Below are positions 41,616-49,938 of a stretch of DNA of 64,000 nucleotides, piece after piece. Each line of letters begins with the position of its first letter. The stretch's first letter is position 1. The DNA is from a virus, in IMG/VR virus record IMGVR_UViG_3300050821_006121, positions 1-64,000 of that record. One strand, written 5' to 3'. A program made the translations under genes and the position numbers. Below the pieces are notes generated by a model. That model was not told where the DNA came from. It worked only from the letters and a program-made list of their open reading frames with translations, and ran no database searches.

Positions 41616-42344
41616 CTAGTATCCTAGCCAGTGCTTCGCAGTGTGAACGACATCGTCCTCGAACGGGGGGTTGCTCTGCGCGATCACCCACTTCAGGTAA
41701 TCACGGGGAACGTCGGACCAGGCCACGTTCCTGTGTTTCCCAAAGCGGCAGACCTTCTGAAGTACCGGTTGCGTTTGAAGATCCAAGAGCGCTTGAAGCG
41801 GGCGCTCTTGGAGCATCCTCTGCAGCAGGTGCGCCGTCACCGTGGCGTCGTAGAGGGCCCGATGGGTCCTGGCCTCGGTCACGGGCATGGTCTTATCGAT
41901 TCCCAGCCAGTAGAACAAGGCACCGGTACTAAACGACGGCGCGTCGGGGTAGAGGTGCATGGCCAAGCGCCAGGTGTCGAGCCAGGGCATGTTGGACGGA
42001 AAGTACTGGCCGATGAATCCTCTGTCAAAAGAGGCGTTGTGGGCCGCCAGGGCCTCGCACAGCCCGCCCTTCTGGTCGACGGCCGTCAGCACGTCGGCCA
42101 GCGCCCGGGGCAGCTGGGGCGCCGTGCGCAGCTCCTCGTCGGACAAGTGGTGGACGGCGCGGGCCTCGGGCGGCACGCGGCGGCCGGGGGCTACCAGGGA
42201 AGAGGTCCCTGGAAGAACGATCCAGTCACCCTCATGCTCACCCATGATGTTGACGGAAAGTTTTAAGGGTACGGCCGCTATTTCACAAACAGCATCCGCC
42301 TTTGCATCAAGTCCTGTAGTTTCACAGTCTAAACAAACGATCAT
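41616..42344 (-). CDS. DnaQ-like DEDDh 3'-5' exonuclease with C-terminal DUF3820-like tail
   Basis: Motifs CLDCETTGLD (Exo I), AHNASFD (Exo II), HRALYDA (Exo III) and KHRNVAWSDVPRDYLKWV. ATGA-coupled. Confidence 0.8.
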   Translation of the reverse strand: MIVCLDCETTGLDAKADAVCEIAAVPLKLSVNIMGEHEGDWIVLPGTSSLVAPGRRVPPEARAVHHLSDEELRTAPQLPRALADVLTAVDQKGGLCEALAAHNASFDRGFIGQYFPSNMPWLDTWRLAMHLYPDAPSFSTGALFYWLGIDKTMPVTEARTHRALYDATVTAHLLQRMLQERPLQALLDLQTQPVLQKVCRFGKHRNVAWSDVPRDYLKWVIAQSNPPFEDDVVHTAKHWLGY

Positions 42345-42967
42345 GGCGCAAACCCTAACACACGTTTCGTAGTCCAACCACGATAGACTCGTTTACGAGT
42401 TCGATTGTAACTAATCCCGAGCCGTTTAGCCCACATAGATACGCTCAATTTTTCTCCTTTATAGGTCAAATAGAGATTATTTCGTTTATTGTTGTTCTGG
42501 GTTTCAATGTCTGCCCAACGACAATTAGTCGGCGTGTAGTTCTTGTTTGAATCGATACGGTCTAACGATGTCATATTTTGGGGTCGTTCGCCCATATCCA
42601 AAAAGAACGCCTTAAAGTCGTGTCGCCATTTTTTGCAAACCTTTATCCCACGACCCCCAAACCTAGGATAATCTTTTGCTATTTTCCTTTCGCATCGATT
42701 GATCATGCGACGCCAAGTGTGATATTCGATTGGATAGAGCTTCTTAAGTCCGTGCCTAAAATTCATTTTTGCTGCATTGTCGCGGTGTAGACACCCACAC
42801 GACTGTGCATGTTTAGTCACTAGGGAAGCCCCAGTCGTAATTTTTGTTGCACCACAGTCGCACTTACACACCCACAGCAGTTTTCCATGGCGTGTCTTAT
42901 CGCCTGTTAGTTTGAGCACAACAAGACGACCAAATCGTTGACCAGTGCGATCCTTAAAGACTGACAT
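42341..42967 (-). CDS. HNH-family-like homing endonuclease / DNA-binding protein in an AT-rich island
   Basis: Contains FGRLVV..WVCKCDCG..SCGC and DRIDSNKNYTPTNCRWA. GC content is far below that of the flanks. The ATG at 42967 is preferred. Confidence 0.6.
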   Translation of the reverse strand: MSVFKDRTGQRFGRLVVLKLTGDKTRHGKLLWVCKCDCGATKITTGASLVTKHAQSCGCLHRDNAAKMNFRHGLKKLYPIEYHTWRRMINRCERKIAKDYPRFGGRGIKVCKKWRHDFKAFFLDMGERPQNMTSLDRIDSNKNYTPTNCRWADIETQNNNKRNNLYLTYKGEKLSVSMWAKRLGISYNRTRKRVYRGWTTKRVLGFAP

Positions 42968-43076
42968 TGTCTTTCTTCTCTTTGCCCGTACCGCAGTACC
43001 AGCACTCCCTGCGGTGGGCGCTGCAGTGGGGGCACTGCCAGCCGTCACGGGGGTCGTTGCGCTTGGGGTCGGTCAT

Positions 43077-43565
43077 CTAAAATTCCCCATCATTGACCTG
43101 GGCGCAGGGAACACCCGCTTTTCTCCAAGCTCTAACGCAACGAGCTCGATCATCGAAGATCATAAGTGGTTGATAACCATCATCTTTCAGGCGTTGTAGC
43201 AGCTCGATCTTGATAATATCGTCGTTGCGCCGATCGCCCGCGGGCCTCATGTAAAGCGGCCCCGACGGGAGGTGGTGCCGGCGCATCCACCGGCGCGTGG
43301 GCTCGCGGTACTCCTCGGGGCGCCCGGTCACGTAGACCACGTCGTAGGCCTCGGCCAGGCACTTGCACACCTCGGCCACGTGGACGATCAGGTCGTCGTC
43401 TTCCAGCTTGCTGAAGTACGTGTCCCAGTCCTTGGGGTGGGCGAGGATGTGGTGGATCCGGTGGGTGCCGTCGGCGAGCGTCCCGTCGAGATCAAATAGG
43501 AACGCCTGGGTCGTGGCCACGCGGAGGGGTGGCGGCGATAGGTGGGGGAGGGCGGAGATGGTCAT
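43077..43565 (-). CDS. HAD-superfamily phosphatase (nucleotidase / PNK-phosphatase-like)
   Basis: FLFDLDGTL is motif I. VVYVTGRP and IFDDR follow. Confidence 0.7.
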   Translation of the reverse strand: MTISALPHLSPPPLRVATTQAFLFDLDGTLADGTHRIHHILAHPKDWDTYFSKLEDDDLIVHVAEVCKCLAEAYDVVYVTGRPEEYREPTRRWMRRHHLPSGPLYMRPAGDRRNDDIIKIELLQRLKDDGYQPLMIFDDRARCVRAWRKAGVPCAQVNDGEF

Positions 43566-43825
43566 CGGTACGGCTCTATGAAGATGCGGTGCTGGCCCGC
43601 GCGGCTCACTGGGTTGGGTATCTCGATCAGCTCGCCAAGTTCGACGAGCCTATCGATGCAGGCCAGCATGTTCCACGTGTCGCCGGTGACACACATCAGC
43701 TTCATGCTCGTCACGGCGCCGGCCTCGTCTAGTAGTCGCTTGGCCGTGTCGCGTATCTTGAGAAAGTCGCGCTGGCCCTCTTCTGTGAATACAAAAGATC
43801 TCCGAGTCTGGTAACTGTAACTCAT
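43562..43825 (-). CDS. Hypothetical protein
   Basis: 87-aa ORF overlapping the downstream gene by 4 nt. Confidence 0.55.
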   Translation of the reverse strand: MSYSYQTRRSFVFTEEGQRDFLKIRDTAKRLLDEAGAVTSMKLMCVTGDTWNMLACIDRLVELGELIEIPNPVSRAGQHRIFIEPYR

Positions 43826-44019
43826 TCTCCGTCCTCCGCCACGAACCTGAGGTCATCGATAGCCTGCTCCCTGGTCGGCCCCCACCCGATCAGGGCGCCC
43901 TCGTCGCCCTCCTGGTCCTCGAAGTAGGCCATGTAGTCGAATATGCGGGCCGGGATCGGGGGGCGGACGTGGACGGTCTTGATCTTGCGGTCGGCGGTCA
44001 TTCGATGTTCTCCAGCCAC
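43822..44019 (-). CDS. Hypothetical protein
   Basis: 65-aa ORF with 4-nt coupling. Confidence 0.5.
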   Translation of the reverse strand: MAGEHRMTADRKIKTVHVRPPIPARIFDYMAYFEDQEGDEGALIGWGPTREQAIDDLRFVAEDGE

Positions 44020-44186
44020 GACCTGATCTCGTCCCGTTCACTCGCGGTCAGTTCCTTCTTGAGCAGCTGCTTGCCGCTTCCGTCGTATTTTGGCCCCGCT
44101 ATTCGATAACCAATTCTATCGTTACCAATGCTGACCTGTACGGCACCGTCCACGTTGCGCTTGTCTACTGTGAGATAGACCTTCAT
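43998..44186 (-). CDS. Hypothetical protein
   Basis: The ATG at 44186 forms an ATGA overlap with the upstream gene. Confidence 0.5.
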   Translation of the reverse strand: MKVYLTVDKRNVDGAVQVSIGNDRIGYRIAGPKYDGSGKQLLKKELTASERDEIRSWLENIE

Positions 44187-44488
44187 GCCTTGGCCTCGTC
44201 GGGAAGGAGGGACCTGAGGAAGGCGAGCTCGGCCAAGGCGGCGCCCTTGAGCTCCTCGTCGGTCTCGGCGGCGCACCAGTCATCGTAGGGGGAGTCGACG
44301 CAGCAGGTCGAGTCTGTGGCGTCTGCCACCGGGCACCCAGCACAGCAGCTCTGTCCATCGTTATGTTCGTCGTAGAACATCTGGCACAGGGGGCAGTTGC
44401 TATGTCCCTTGTCCTCTCCCGTGCCGTCCACTATCGCCTGCCACTTGGCTATGGAGCCGCGCAGGGCCCTCAGGGTTGCGGGGTCCAT
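44183..44488 (-). CDS. Cys-rich hypothetical protein
   Basis: Contains NCPLCQ..CCAGCPV..CC. Confidence 0.55.
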   Translation of the reverse strand: MDPATLRALRGSIAKWQAIVDGTGEDKGHSNCPLCQMFYDEHNDGQSCCAGCPVADATDSTCCVDSPYDDWCAAETDEELKGAALAELAFLRSLLPDEAKA

Positions 44489-44491
44489 GTC

Positions 44492-44689
44492 TTATTCCTT
44501 GATCATGCCGGCCAACACACGGCCGATGTATTGCTGGAACCGAGGACGATCCTCGAACGACACGAGCGCAAACGGGGGGTAGTCGTGTCGACGATGATAC
44601 CCGTCAGAAATGGCGCGCTCGATATAAAAGACTTGTTCCTTGGTCAGAAACTTGTCGTAAATCGGATTGGCCTCTTCTTTTTTAGCCAT
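44492..44689 (-). CDS. Hypothetical protein
   Basis: 65-aa ORF. Confidence 0.5.
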   Translation of the reverse strand: MAKKEEANPIYDKFLTKEQVFYIERAISDGYHRRHDYPPFALVSFEDRPRFQQYIGRVLAGMIKE

Positions 44690-45122
44690 GACGATCTCCT
44701 AGCGTCAGCCAACCCTGGCGGGAGGCGAGGTGGATGTCCTGCTCTGTCACGCCGCGGCAGAGCATCTGCTGCACCGTGCGGCCCTGCTTGATCTCGTCGA
44801 GGCGCGGGTTGGGGATCGGGGCCCAGCCCTCCCTCCCGTGGGGCCGCTGGCCGACCTTGAGGGCCACCTTGCGCTCGAACGGGGTCGGGGTGTTCCTGGC
44901 CGCCACGCGGTCTAGGATGGCGCGGTCGCCGTAGGCGGTGTCCCTGGCGGGAGGGCACTTGGTGTAGGCGACCATGGTGGCGAGCTGGGAGATGGCCTGC
45001 GGCGTGTTGGAGGCCAGCAGGTTTAGGATGAAGGTGGTGCGGTGATCATAAACGGTGTTCGTCCCGTCGCGCACCGCGCGCTTGCCGGGAAGACGTGGTT
45101 CCGTGGCGTAGGTGATGGACAT
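44682..45122 (-). CDS. Hypothetical protein
   Basis: 146-aa ORF with SD GGAGGG and a promoter upstream. Confidence 0.6.
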   Translation of the reverse strand: MSITYATEPRLPGKRAVRDGTNTVYDHRTTFILNLLASNTPQAISQLATMVAYTKCPPARDTAYGDRAILDRVAARNTPTPFERKVALKVGQRPHGREGWAPIPNPRLDEIKQGRTVQQMLCRGVTEQDIHLASRQGWLTLGDRHG

Positions 45123-45152
45123 CTGTCCCTCCTGGGGTCGTCCTGATTTGGG

Positions 45153-45181
45153 ATTGTAGCGTCTTGGTGGGTGGGAGTAAA
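45153..45181 (-). promoter_or_regulatory. Phage promoter CACTTTACT-N17-TACAAT
   Basis: Reverse-complement motif family member. Confidence 0.5.
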
Positions 45182-45215
45182 GTGGGTATTGCGGGTCCGT
45201 GTTTGCTCTTGCGGT

Positions 45216-45398
45216 TTATTCGGCACGGTCGATGTAACGGAAATTCCAAGGGCCATGCTTTTTGTGAAAGGCATCACCATCCACGATCTCGTCGAGGCGG
45301 GCGCGGGCCGCGTCCTCGATGCCATTCCAATTCGCATTGCAAAAACGAAATTGGAAAGTGTCGTTCGAAGCATTGTAGGCGGTTGCGCGGTAGATCAT
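45216..45398 (-). CDS. Hypothetical protein
   Basis: 60-aa ORF. Confidence 0.45.
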   Translation of the reverse strand: MIYRATAYNASNDTFQFRFCNANWNGIEDAARARLDEIVDGDAFHKKHGPWNFRYIDRAE

Positions 45399-45495
45399 GG
45401 CGGTCTCCTCTGTTTCGATGAGGGTAGCCTACGTCGGTTCGGGGTCGGGGGTCAAGGGGGTCTGAGCAGATTTATGGAACGGAATGGGAACGGAA

Positions 45496-45975
45496 TTAGA
45501 CCTTGCCAAAAATAGCTAATCGATGCTTTTTCAAGTACTCGATGGCCTTCTCTAGCCTGGAAATATTGTCTTTAAACTGTCCCAACCCATGATTGCAGTT
45601 CGAGCAGAGAAGGCCGCGCACTAAGGTAGTTTCGTGACAGTGATCAACGTGTAGAAACGGGGGTGTGGCTCTTTTGTCGGAAACGGGTGGTGACGAACAT
45701 ATCGCACAGAGCCCGTTTTGCTCGTCAAAGAGCTTGTCGTAGGTGCCAGGCTGAAGTCCGTAGCTTCGATCTATGCGCTTGTTCCGAGCGGTTCTCCCGC
45801 TCCTTGTGGCGGCCCGTATCCTTCGTAACATGCGGACGCATGCTTTACATGTGGGATACGCTTTGCCACCGCGCGTGCAACTAAACTCCTCGTCATCCTT
45901 GCTCTCGCCGCAGGTGTCGCACTGACGGAGGGGATCGATCACGTACTGGTCGTAGAAATTGTCCTGAGTCGACAT
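45496..45975 (-). CDS. Endonuclease VII family protein with N-terminal Cys cluster
   Basis: FLHVDHCHETTLVRGLLCSNCNHGLGQF is the Endonuclease_7 signature. The ATG at 45975 coincides with the predicted TSS. Confidence 0.8.
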   Translation of the reverse strand: MSTQDNFYDQYVIDPLRQCDTCGESKDDEEFSCTRGGKAYPTCKACVRMLRRIRAATRSGRTARNKRIDRSYGLQPGTYDKLFDEQNGLCAICSSPPVSDKRATPPFLHVDHCHETTLVRGLLCSNCNHGLGQFKDNISRLEKAIEYLKKHRLAIFGKV

Positions 45976-45982
45976 GTTCAAG

Positions 45983-46011
45983 ACTGTAGCCTGATTGCCG
46001 GAAAACGTAAA
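45983..46011 (-). promoter_or_regulatory. Phage promoter GGGCTTTACG-N17-TACAGT
   Basis: The -10 ends 7 nt before the ATG at 45975, which predicts a leaderless mRNA. Confidence 0.55.
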
Positions 46012-46160
46012 GCCCCCATCGTGCCTATATCTTTATATTATGGTTTTTTTGTGGTCCATAGCCAGAAAGACTAGCATCATCACACACATGGGAGATGATT
46101 ATTGTTTATACTTTTTGCGCGGGCGTCAGAATAAAAAATATTTTTCTACGCACGCGATAG
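46004..46160 (+). repeat. 160-bp AT-rich regulatory repeat, copy B (inverted partner at 15541-15700)
   Basis: Aligns by eye with the reverse complement of 15541-15700. Contains GTTTAT-N17-CAGAAT at 46104-46132 (plus strand). Confidence 0.7.
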
Positions 46161-46364
46161 AATAGCAAAAAACATAACCCCCCGTTCTTGCGGGAGATTT
46201 TCGAACTTTTGGCCTATATCGTATATTTTCGGAAAGTATAGGGCGGTCCTGAGGCGCCTCCGTCTGGTCTACTCACGCCTCCGCATATGAAGGCGCAGAG
46301 GTAGACGCGCAAACCCCGTCCTCGGTTCCTTGGCCAGCTGACAAAAAATACTTTGCGAAGGGGC

Positions 46365-46393
46365 TTTACTACCCCCCGTCCCTGTGCTAAAAA
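46365..46393 (+). promoter_or_regulatory. Phage promoter GGGCTTTACT-N17-TAAAAA
   Basis: Motif family member upstream of the NusG-like gene. Confidence 0.5.
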
Positions 46394-46434
46394 ACTGAAT
46401 CCGCGTTCACTCCAACGAGTCAACGGAGACCTGT

Positions 46435-46926
46435 TTGCAGCCAATCTGGGGCGTAGTTCGCACGATGACCGCCCAGGAGGACCGCGCCAAAACGGAGTGC
46501 GAGCGCCAGGCGTTCGAGACCTTCTTGCCCAAGTTCCGGACCTACGTCGTGGCCCGCAACGGCCGCCGCCCGGTCGTAAGGTGCCTCTTTCCCGGCTATC
46601 TATTTGTAAAGATTGTGGATCACTGGTACTCCCTTCGCGGAACCCGTGGCGTGATCGACCTGATCCGCGACGGCGAGCGGCCGGCCCGGGTCCACGAATC
46701 CGAGATCCACTACCTGCGCGAGCGCTACGGCGAGTCGGGCCAGCACGAGCTCACGGCCTCCCGTTTCCGCGAAGGCCAGCCCGTTCGGGCCATCTCCGGC
46801 GTCTGGCGCGACAACGTGGGCGTTTTCGAGGCCATGGGAACCGGGGACAGGGTTCGGGTGTTGTTCGAGATGATGGGCCGCGCCGTGCCGGTAGAACTTG
46901 GGGAAAGGGAGCTGGCGGCGGCATAA
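46435..46926 (+). CDS. NusG/RfaH-like transcription elongation/antitermination factor
   Basis: NGN pattern W.VVRT...E..A...L...FE.FLP......R.....V.RCLFPGYLFV, followed by a KOW-like region GQPVRAISGVWRDNVGVF. Confidence 0.75.
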   Translation: MQPIWGVVRTMTAQEDRAKTECERQAFETFLPKFRTYVVARNGRRPVVRCLFPGYLFVKIVDHWYSLRGTRGVIDLIRDGERPARVHESEIHYLRERYGESGQHELTASRFREGQPVRAISGVWRDNVGVFEAMGTGDRVRVLFEMMGRAVPVELGERELAAA

Positions 46927-46929
46927 TAA

Positions 46930-46947
46930 CGCCCTATCTATAGGGCG
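46930..46947 (+). terminator. Short hairpin after the NusG-like gene
   Basis: CGCCCTA-tcta-TAGGGCG. The downstream T content is weak. Confidence 0.3.
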
Positions 46948-47236
46948 GTAAGTGCATTTGTGGCCTATTGATGGAGCAGACCAGATGCAGACCGACGATC
47001 AGGGACCGCCGAGCACCGCTCAAGAAAAACCGAGCGAGGCTACCGGCGGTAGCGTGCGTGGTCAACGACAGGTGTTTGTCGTCCACAAACCAGACAAGGG
47101 CCGAGGTGAGGGAGCGCGCGTGTGGGTGTTTAGCTCGCACGACGCCGCGATACATTGTCGGCGAGATCAAAAACTTGACAGCCACCATTTGTTCGGCTGC
47201 GTTGTCGATTGCTACGAAACTTGAAAGACGAAACGA

Positions 47237-47563
47237 ATGGCTGAGACCGGCATAGTCAAGTGGTTCGACGGCAAGAAGGGCTACGGCTTCATCACCCGCA
47301 GCAACGGCGAGAAGGACGTGTTCGTCCACGCCACCGACCTGCGCAAGAGCGGTATCGAGGATGAGGACGTCGACGAGGGCCAGGCACTGCAGTTCGAGAT
47401 CGCCACCACGCCGCGGGGGCTCAAGGCCGTGAAGCTGGCTCGGCTGGTCGATAATCCAGTCGCTATTGCCGCGCTTGAAGCCGGACGATCCGGCACCGAC
47501 GAAGATGGGAACGTTGTCGAGGGCGTCGTGTCCGACGCGACTATCCCGGATCCGGAAGCGTGA
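47237..47563 (+). CDS. Cold-shock domain protein (CspA-like) with a 40-aa C-terminal tail
   Basis: GIVKWFDGKKGYGFI and DVFVHAT are the RNP1 and RNP2 motifs. Confidence 0.9.
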   Translation: MAETGIVKWFDGKKGYGFITRSNGEKDVFVHATDLRKSGIEDEDVDEGQALQFEIATTPRGLKAVKLARLVDNPVAIAALEAGRSGTDEDGNVVEGVVSDATIPDPEA

Positions 47564-47726
47564 ACGACGCCAACAAGGTGTTCTGGCGCATTCGCCAGTT
47601 GCTCGGTGTTCGTGATCTTGACGATGTCCCAGAGGTTGATCGAGTGATCCGGGAAGAGATTGAATGTTACTCGCCACCGAGCATGCGACGTATTCGTGCT
47701 GCGCTGCAACTGCCGGACGATGGGGT

Positions 47727-47882
47727 ATGGCGGTGAACGCCAAGATCGAGAAGACCGCCCAGGACCTCCGCGCCTACATCCGCAAGCGCGCGGGGCTGGC
47801 GCCGGACTGGGAGACGGCGAGCGAGGACATGAAGAACTTCTACCGCGAGCACGCGCGGCGGATTGGTGGAGATGATGCGTGA
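47727..47882 (+). CDS. Hypothetical protein
   Basis: Internal ATG of the 47664..47882 ORF. 51 aa. Confidence 0.4.
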   Translation: MAVNAKIEKTAQDLRAYIRKRAGLAPDWETASEDMKNFYREHARRIGGDDA

Positions 47883-47910
47883 CGTACGGTGAGGGTGGTT
47901 TGCTCTTATT

Positions 47911-48390
47911 TTGCGCCATAGCTGCGGTGTGGGTTTATCTAGCGTGACCGACCACGCCGCCATCGACCTCTACCGCCAGGCGCTGGCCGATCACGCCAAG
48001 ACGACCGGCACGCCGCGCCCGAGCGCCGAGCGCGACGTCGAGCAAAGCGTGCGCCGTCTCCCGGCACCGCAGCTGGACGACGCGGCGTCGCTGGCCGAGG
48101 TCGAGAAGCACCTGGCCGCAAACCTCCACCCGCGTGCCGCCAACATGCTGCGCCAGCTCAGGGCCCAGGTTCCTCAGGCTCCAAAGAAGACCTTGGGGCT
48201 CTGGGCCAAGAAGGCCGTCAAGCGCGACGCGGCCAGCGCCGCTGAGCAGCACGCGCTGAGCGTGGCCGCGCTGGAGAGCGCCGTGGACCACCTGAGCCGC
48301 GGCAAGGTGCCGGCGATGTTCGCCCATCTGATGCCCAAGAAGGCGCCGCTTATAGCGAGCGGGCCCGACGCGTTCGAGGTGGTCGCGTGA
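47911..48390 (+). CDS. Hypothetical protein
   Basis: 159-aa Ala-rich ORF. The start is uncertain. Confidence 0.5.
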   Translation: MRHSCGVGLSSVTDHAAIDLYRQALADHAKTTGTPRPSAERDVEQSVRRLPAPQLDDAASLAEVEKHLAANLHPRAANMLRQLRAQVPQAPKKTLGLWAKKAVKRDAASAAEQHALSVAALESAVDHLSRGKVPAMFAHLMPKKAPLIASGPDAFEVVA

Positions 48391-48497
48391 CCGAGCTCCA
48401 GCGCCTCTGGACCATGGCAATGGTCGCGCAGATGATCGGCGCGGCCGTGGTCATCCTGGCCCTGTCGGGGTGCGTCGGGCGGCCCGAGCTGAATTGA
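48387..48497 (+). CDS. Tiny lipoprotein-like ORF (36 aa)
   Basis: GTGA overlap with the upstream gene. Hydrophobic core and lipobox-like LALSGC. Confidence 0.3.
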   Translation: MTELQRLWTMAMVAQMIGAAVVILALSGCVGRPELN

Positions 48498-48691
48498 TGA
48501 CCGAGCTGGATTCCCTTATCGCCGAGGCGCGCGCAGATCGTCGCACATACGCAAGTCAAGGCAATAGGATCGAGGCAGCTGCCTCGGCGATAAGGGAGTC
48601 GGCCCTGCTCGACGCCAAGCGCGCGGTGGTGTTCGAGCGCGATGGGAGGCGGCTCACGGATTACGAGATGAGGTGGCGGGCGTATGGCTAA
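48497..48691 (+). CDS. Hypothetical protein
   Basis: Internal ATG of the 48470..48691 ORF, abutting the previous stop. Confidence 0.45.
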   Translation: MTELDSLIAEARADRRTYASQGNRIEAAASAIRESALLDAKRAVVFERDGRRLTDYEMRWRAYG

Positions 48692-48857
48692 ACCACGCAA
48701 TGATTGGCCCTATGTTTGTGGGGTTTATGATGATCGAGAGTATATTCGTCACGCGATATTTGATCCTGAGATGCGTGATGCAATGATTCGTCAGGTTACG
48801 AAAGAGATTGAGGATGCTCAACGAAATCACAACGACAGCCCTGAGGAACCGAGCTGA
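48684..48857 (+). CDS. Hypothetical protein (57 aa)
   Basis: ORF in a low-GC patch. Not in the ORF track because it is under 60 aa. Confidence 0.4.
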   Translation: MAKPRNDWPYVCGVYDDREYIRHAIFDPEMRDAMIRQVTKEIEDAQRNHNDSPEEPS

Positions 48858-48858
48858 C

Positions 48859-49314
48859 ATGCCGATCAAGACGCCGCACACCAAGAAGGAGCGCCAGGCC
48901 GTTGTCGGCCAGGAGATGCATGAGTTCAAGCACGGCACGCTTCACAGCGGTTCGAAGCACGGCCCGAAGGTGACCAACCGCAAGCAGGCCATCGCGATCG
49001 GCTTGAGCGAGGCCGGCCTTAGCAACAAGGGCGGTGCCAAGCAGCCTCACCCAAAAACTAATCCAGGCGATTACAACGACTCGGCCCACAGGCGCTCCTA
49101 CGGCGCGGTCGAGTCCGACCTGGGCGAGCCAGGCAGGCCTGTAGGCCGCGCCGAGGGCGTCGAGATCGGTCCCGCGATCAAGCGCGACCGGACGCCGCAC
49201 AGCTTCGATCGCCCGTCGGCACGTGAATCACACGGATATGGCCATTCGGCAACCGCCCGTGACGGAGCGCTGAGACTCAGCGGTTCGCGCGGCGCGCACA
49301 GGATTGGAAAATGA
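48859..49314 (+). CDS. DUF6496-like protein with GAHRIGK C-terminal motif
   Basis: VGQEMHEFKHGTLHSGS..G.KV.NRKQAIAIGLSEAG. The C-terminus is HGYGH..R.GALRLSGSRGAHRIGK. Confidence 0.55.
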   Translation: MPIKTPHTKKERQAVVGQEMHEFKHGTLHSGSKHGPKVTNRKQAIAIGLSEAGLSNKGGAKQPHPKTNPGDYNDSAHRRSYGAVESDLGEPGRPVGRAEGVEIGPAIKRDRTPHSFDRPSARESHGYGHSATARDGALRLSGSRGAHRIGK

Positions 49315-49532
49315 CCGACGAATCAGCCAAGGAATTGGCGGACGCGATGAACCGACTGGCTGCCGCTATCGAGAGCGTCCGTGGCCAAGGACTCATGAAC
49401 AGCATCCAGGTTCATCACACAGGAATACCGTACCCGTTACCGCCATGTCAGCAGCCTTGGCCGCAGCCCTATGGACCGCAGTGGGGAACGTGGTGCGGAA
49501 CCTCAAACCTCGGCACGACAGGAGGCCAGTGA
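49311..49532 (+). CDS. Hypothetical protein
   Basis: 73-aa ORF coupled by an ATGA overlap at its start and a 1-nt TGATG overlap at its end. Confidence 0.5.
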   Translation: MTDESAKELADAMNRLAAAIESVRGQGLMNSIQVHHTGIPYPLPPCQQPWPQPYGPQWGTWCGTSNLGTTGGQ

Positions 49533-49843
49533 TGGCCAACAAGGACTACCAGCTAGACGCCCAGACCCCAACCTACCACGGCCCCTCAGGCAAGGCGGTC
49601 GGCGCCAAGGGCGACAACAAGGGCCCGTTCGACTGGAAGCAGCCGACCAACCAGGAGTCCGGGGTCACCGTGGCCCAGGACACCGACGGCGCGGCGCACC
49701 ACCCCAACTTTCCGTCCAAGGGCCACCAGTTCAAGCCGCCGGCCGCTGCCGGCGCGCACGGCTTCGGCCACGGTGCTCACGTGAGGTCGGGCCCGCTGCG
49801 CAACAGCGGCCACAAGGGCGCCCACCGCGTGGGCAAGCGTTGA
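49532..49843 (+). CDS. Hypothetical protein with GAHRVGK C-terminal motif
   Basis: ATG with SD GGAGG. The C-terminus is HGFGH..R.GPLRNSGHKGAHRVGKR. Confidence 0.55.
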   Translation: MANKDYQLDAQTPTYHGPSGKAVGAKGDNKGPFDWKQPTNQESGVTVAQDTDGAAHHPNFPSKGHQFKPPAAAGAHGFGHGAHVRSGPLRNSGHKGAHRVGKR

Positions 49844-49938
49844 TCGAGCAGGTCACCCAGGCCGCCTACGGCGCGCTCCTGCTGGGAACGTTCGCCGCAA
49901 CCGTGGCCGCGTGGCTGATGTACTACCAATCATGGTGA
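49840..49938 (+). CDS. Tiny TM peptide (32 aa)
   Basis: TTG start overlapping the upstream stop. Hydrophobic core GALLLGTFAATVAAWLM. Confidence 0.25.
   Translation: MIEQVTQAAYGALLLGTFAATVAAWLMYYQSW

Noticed and set aside
46934-47743. 269-aa minus-strand ORF
   Set aside because: It runs antisense across the CspA-like gene and its leader, with no SD or promoter and an implausible composition.
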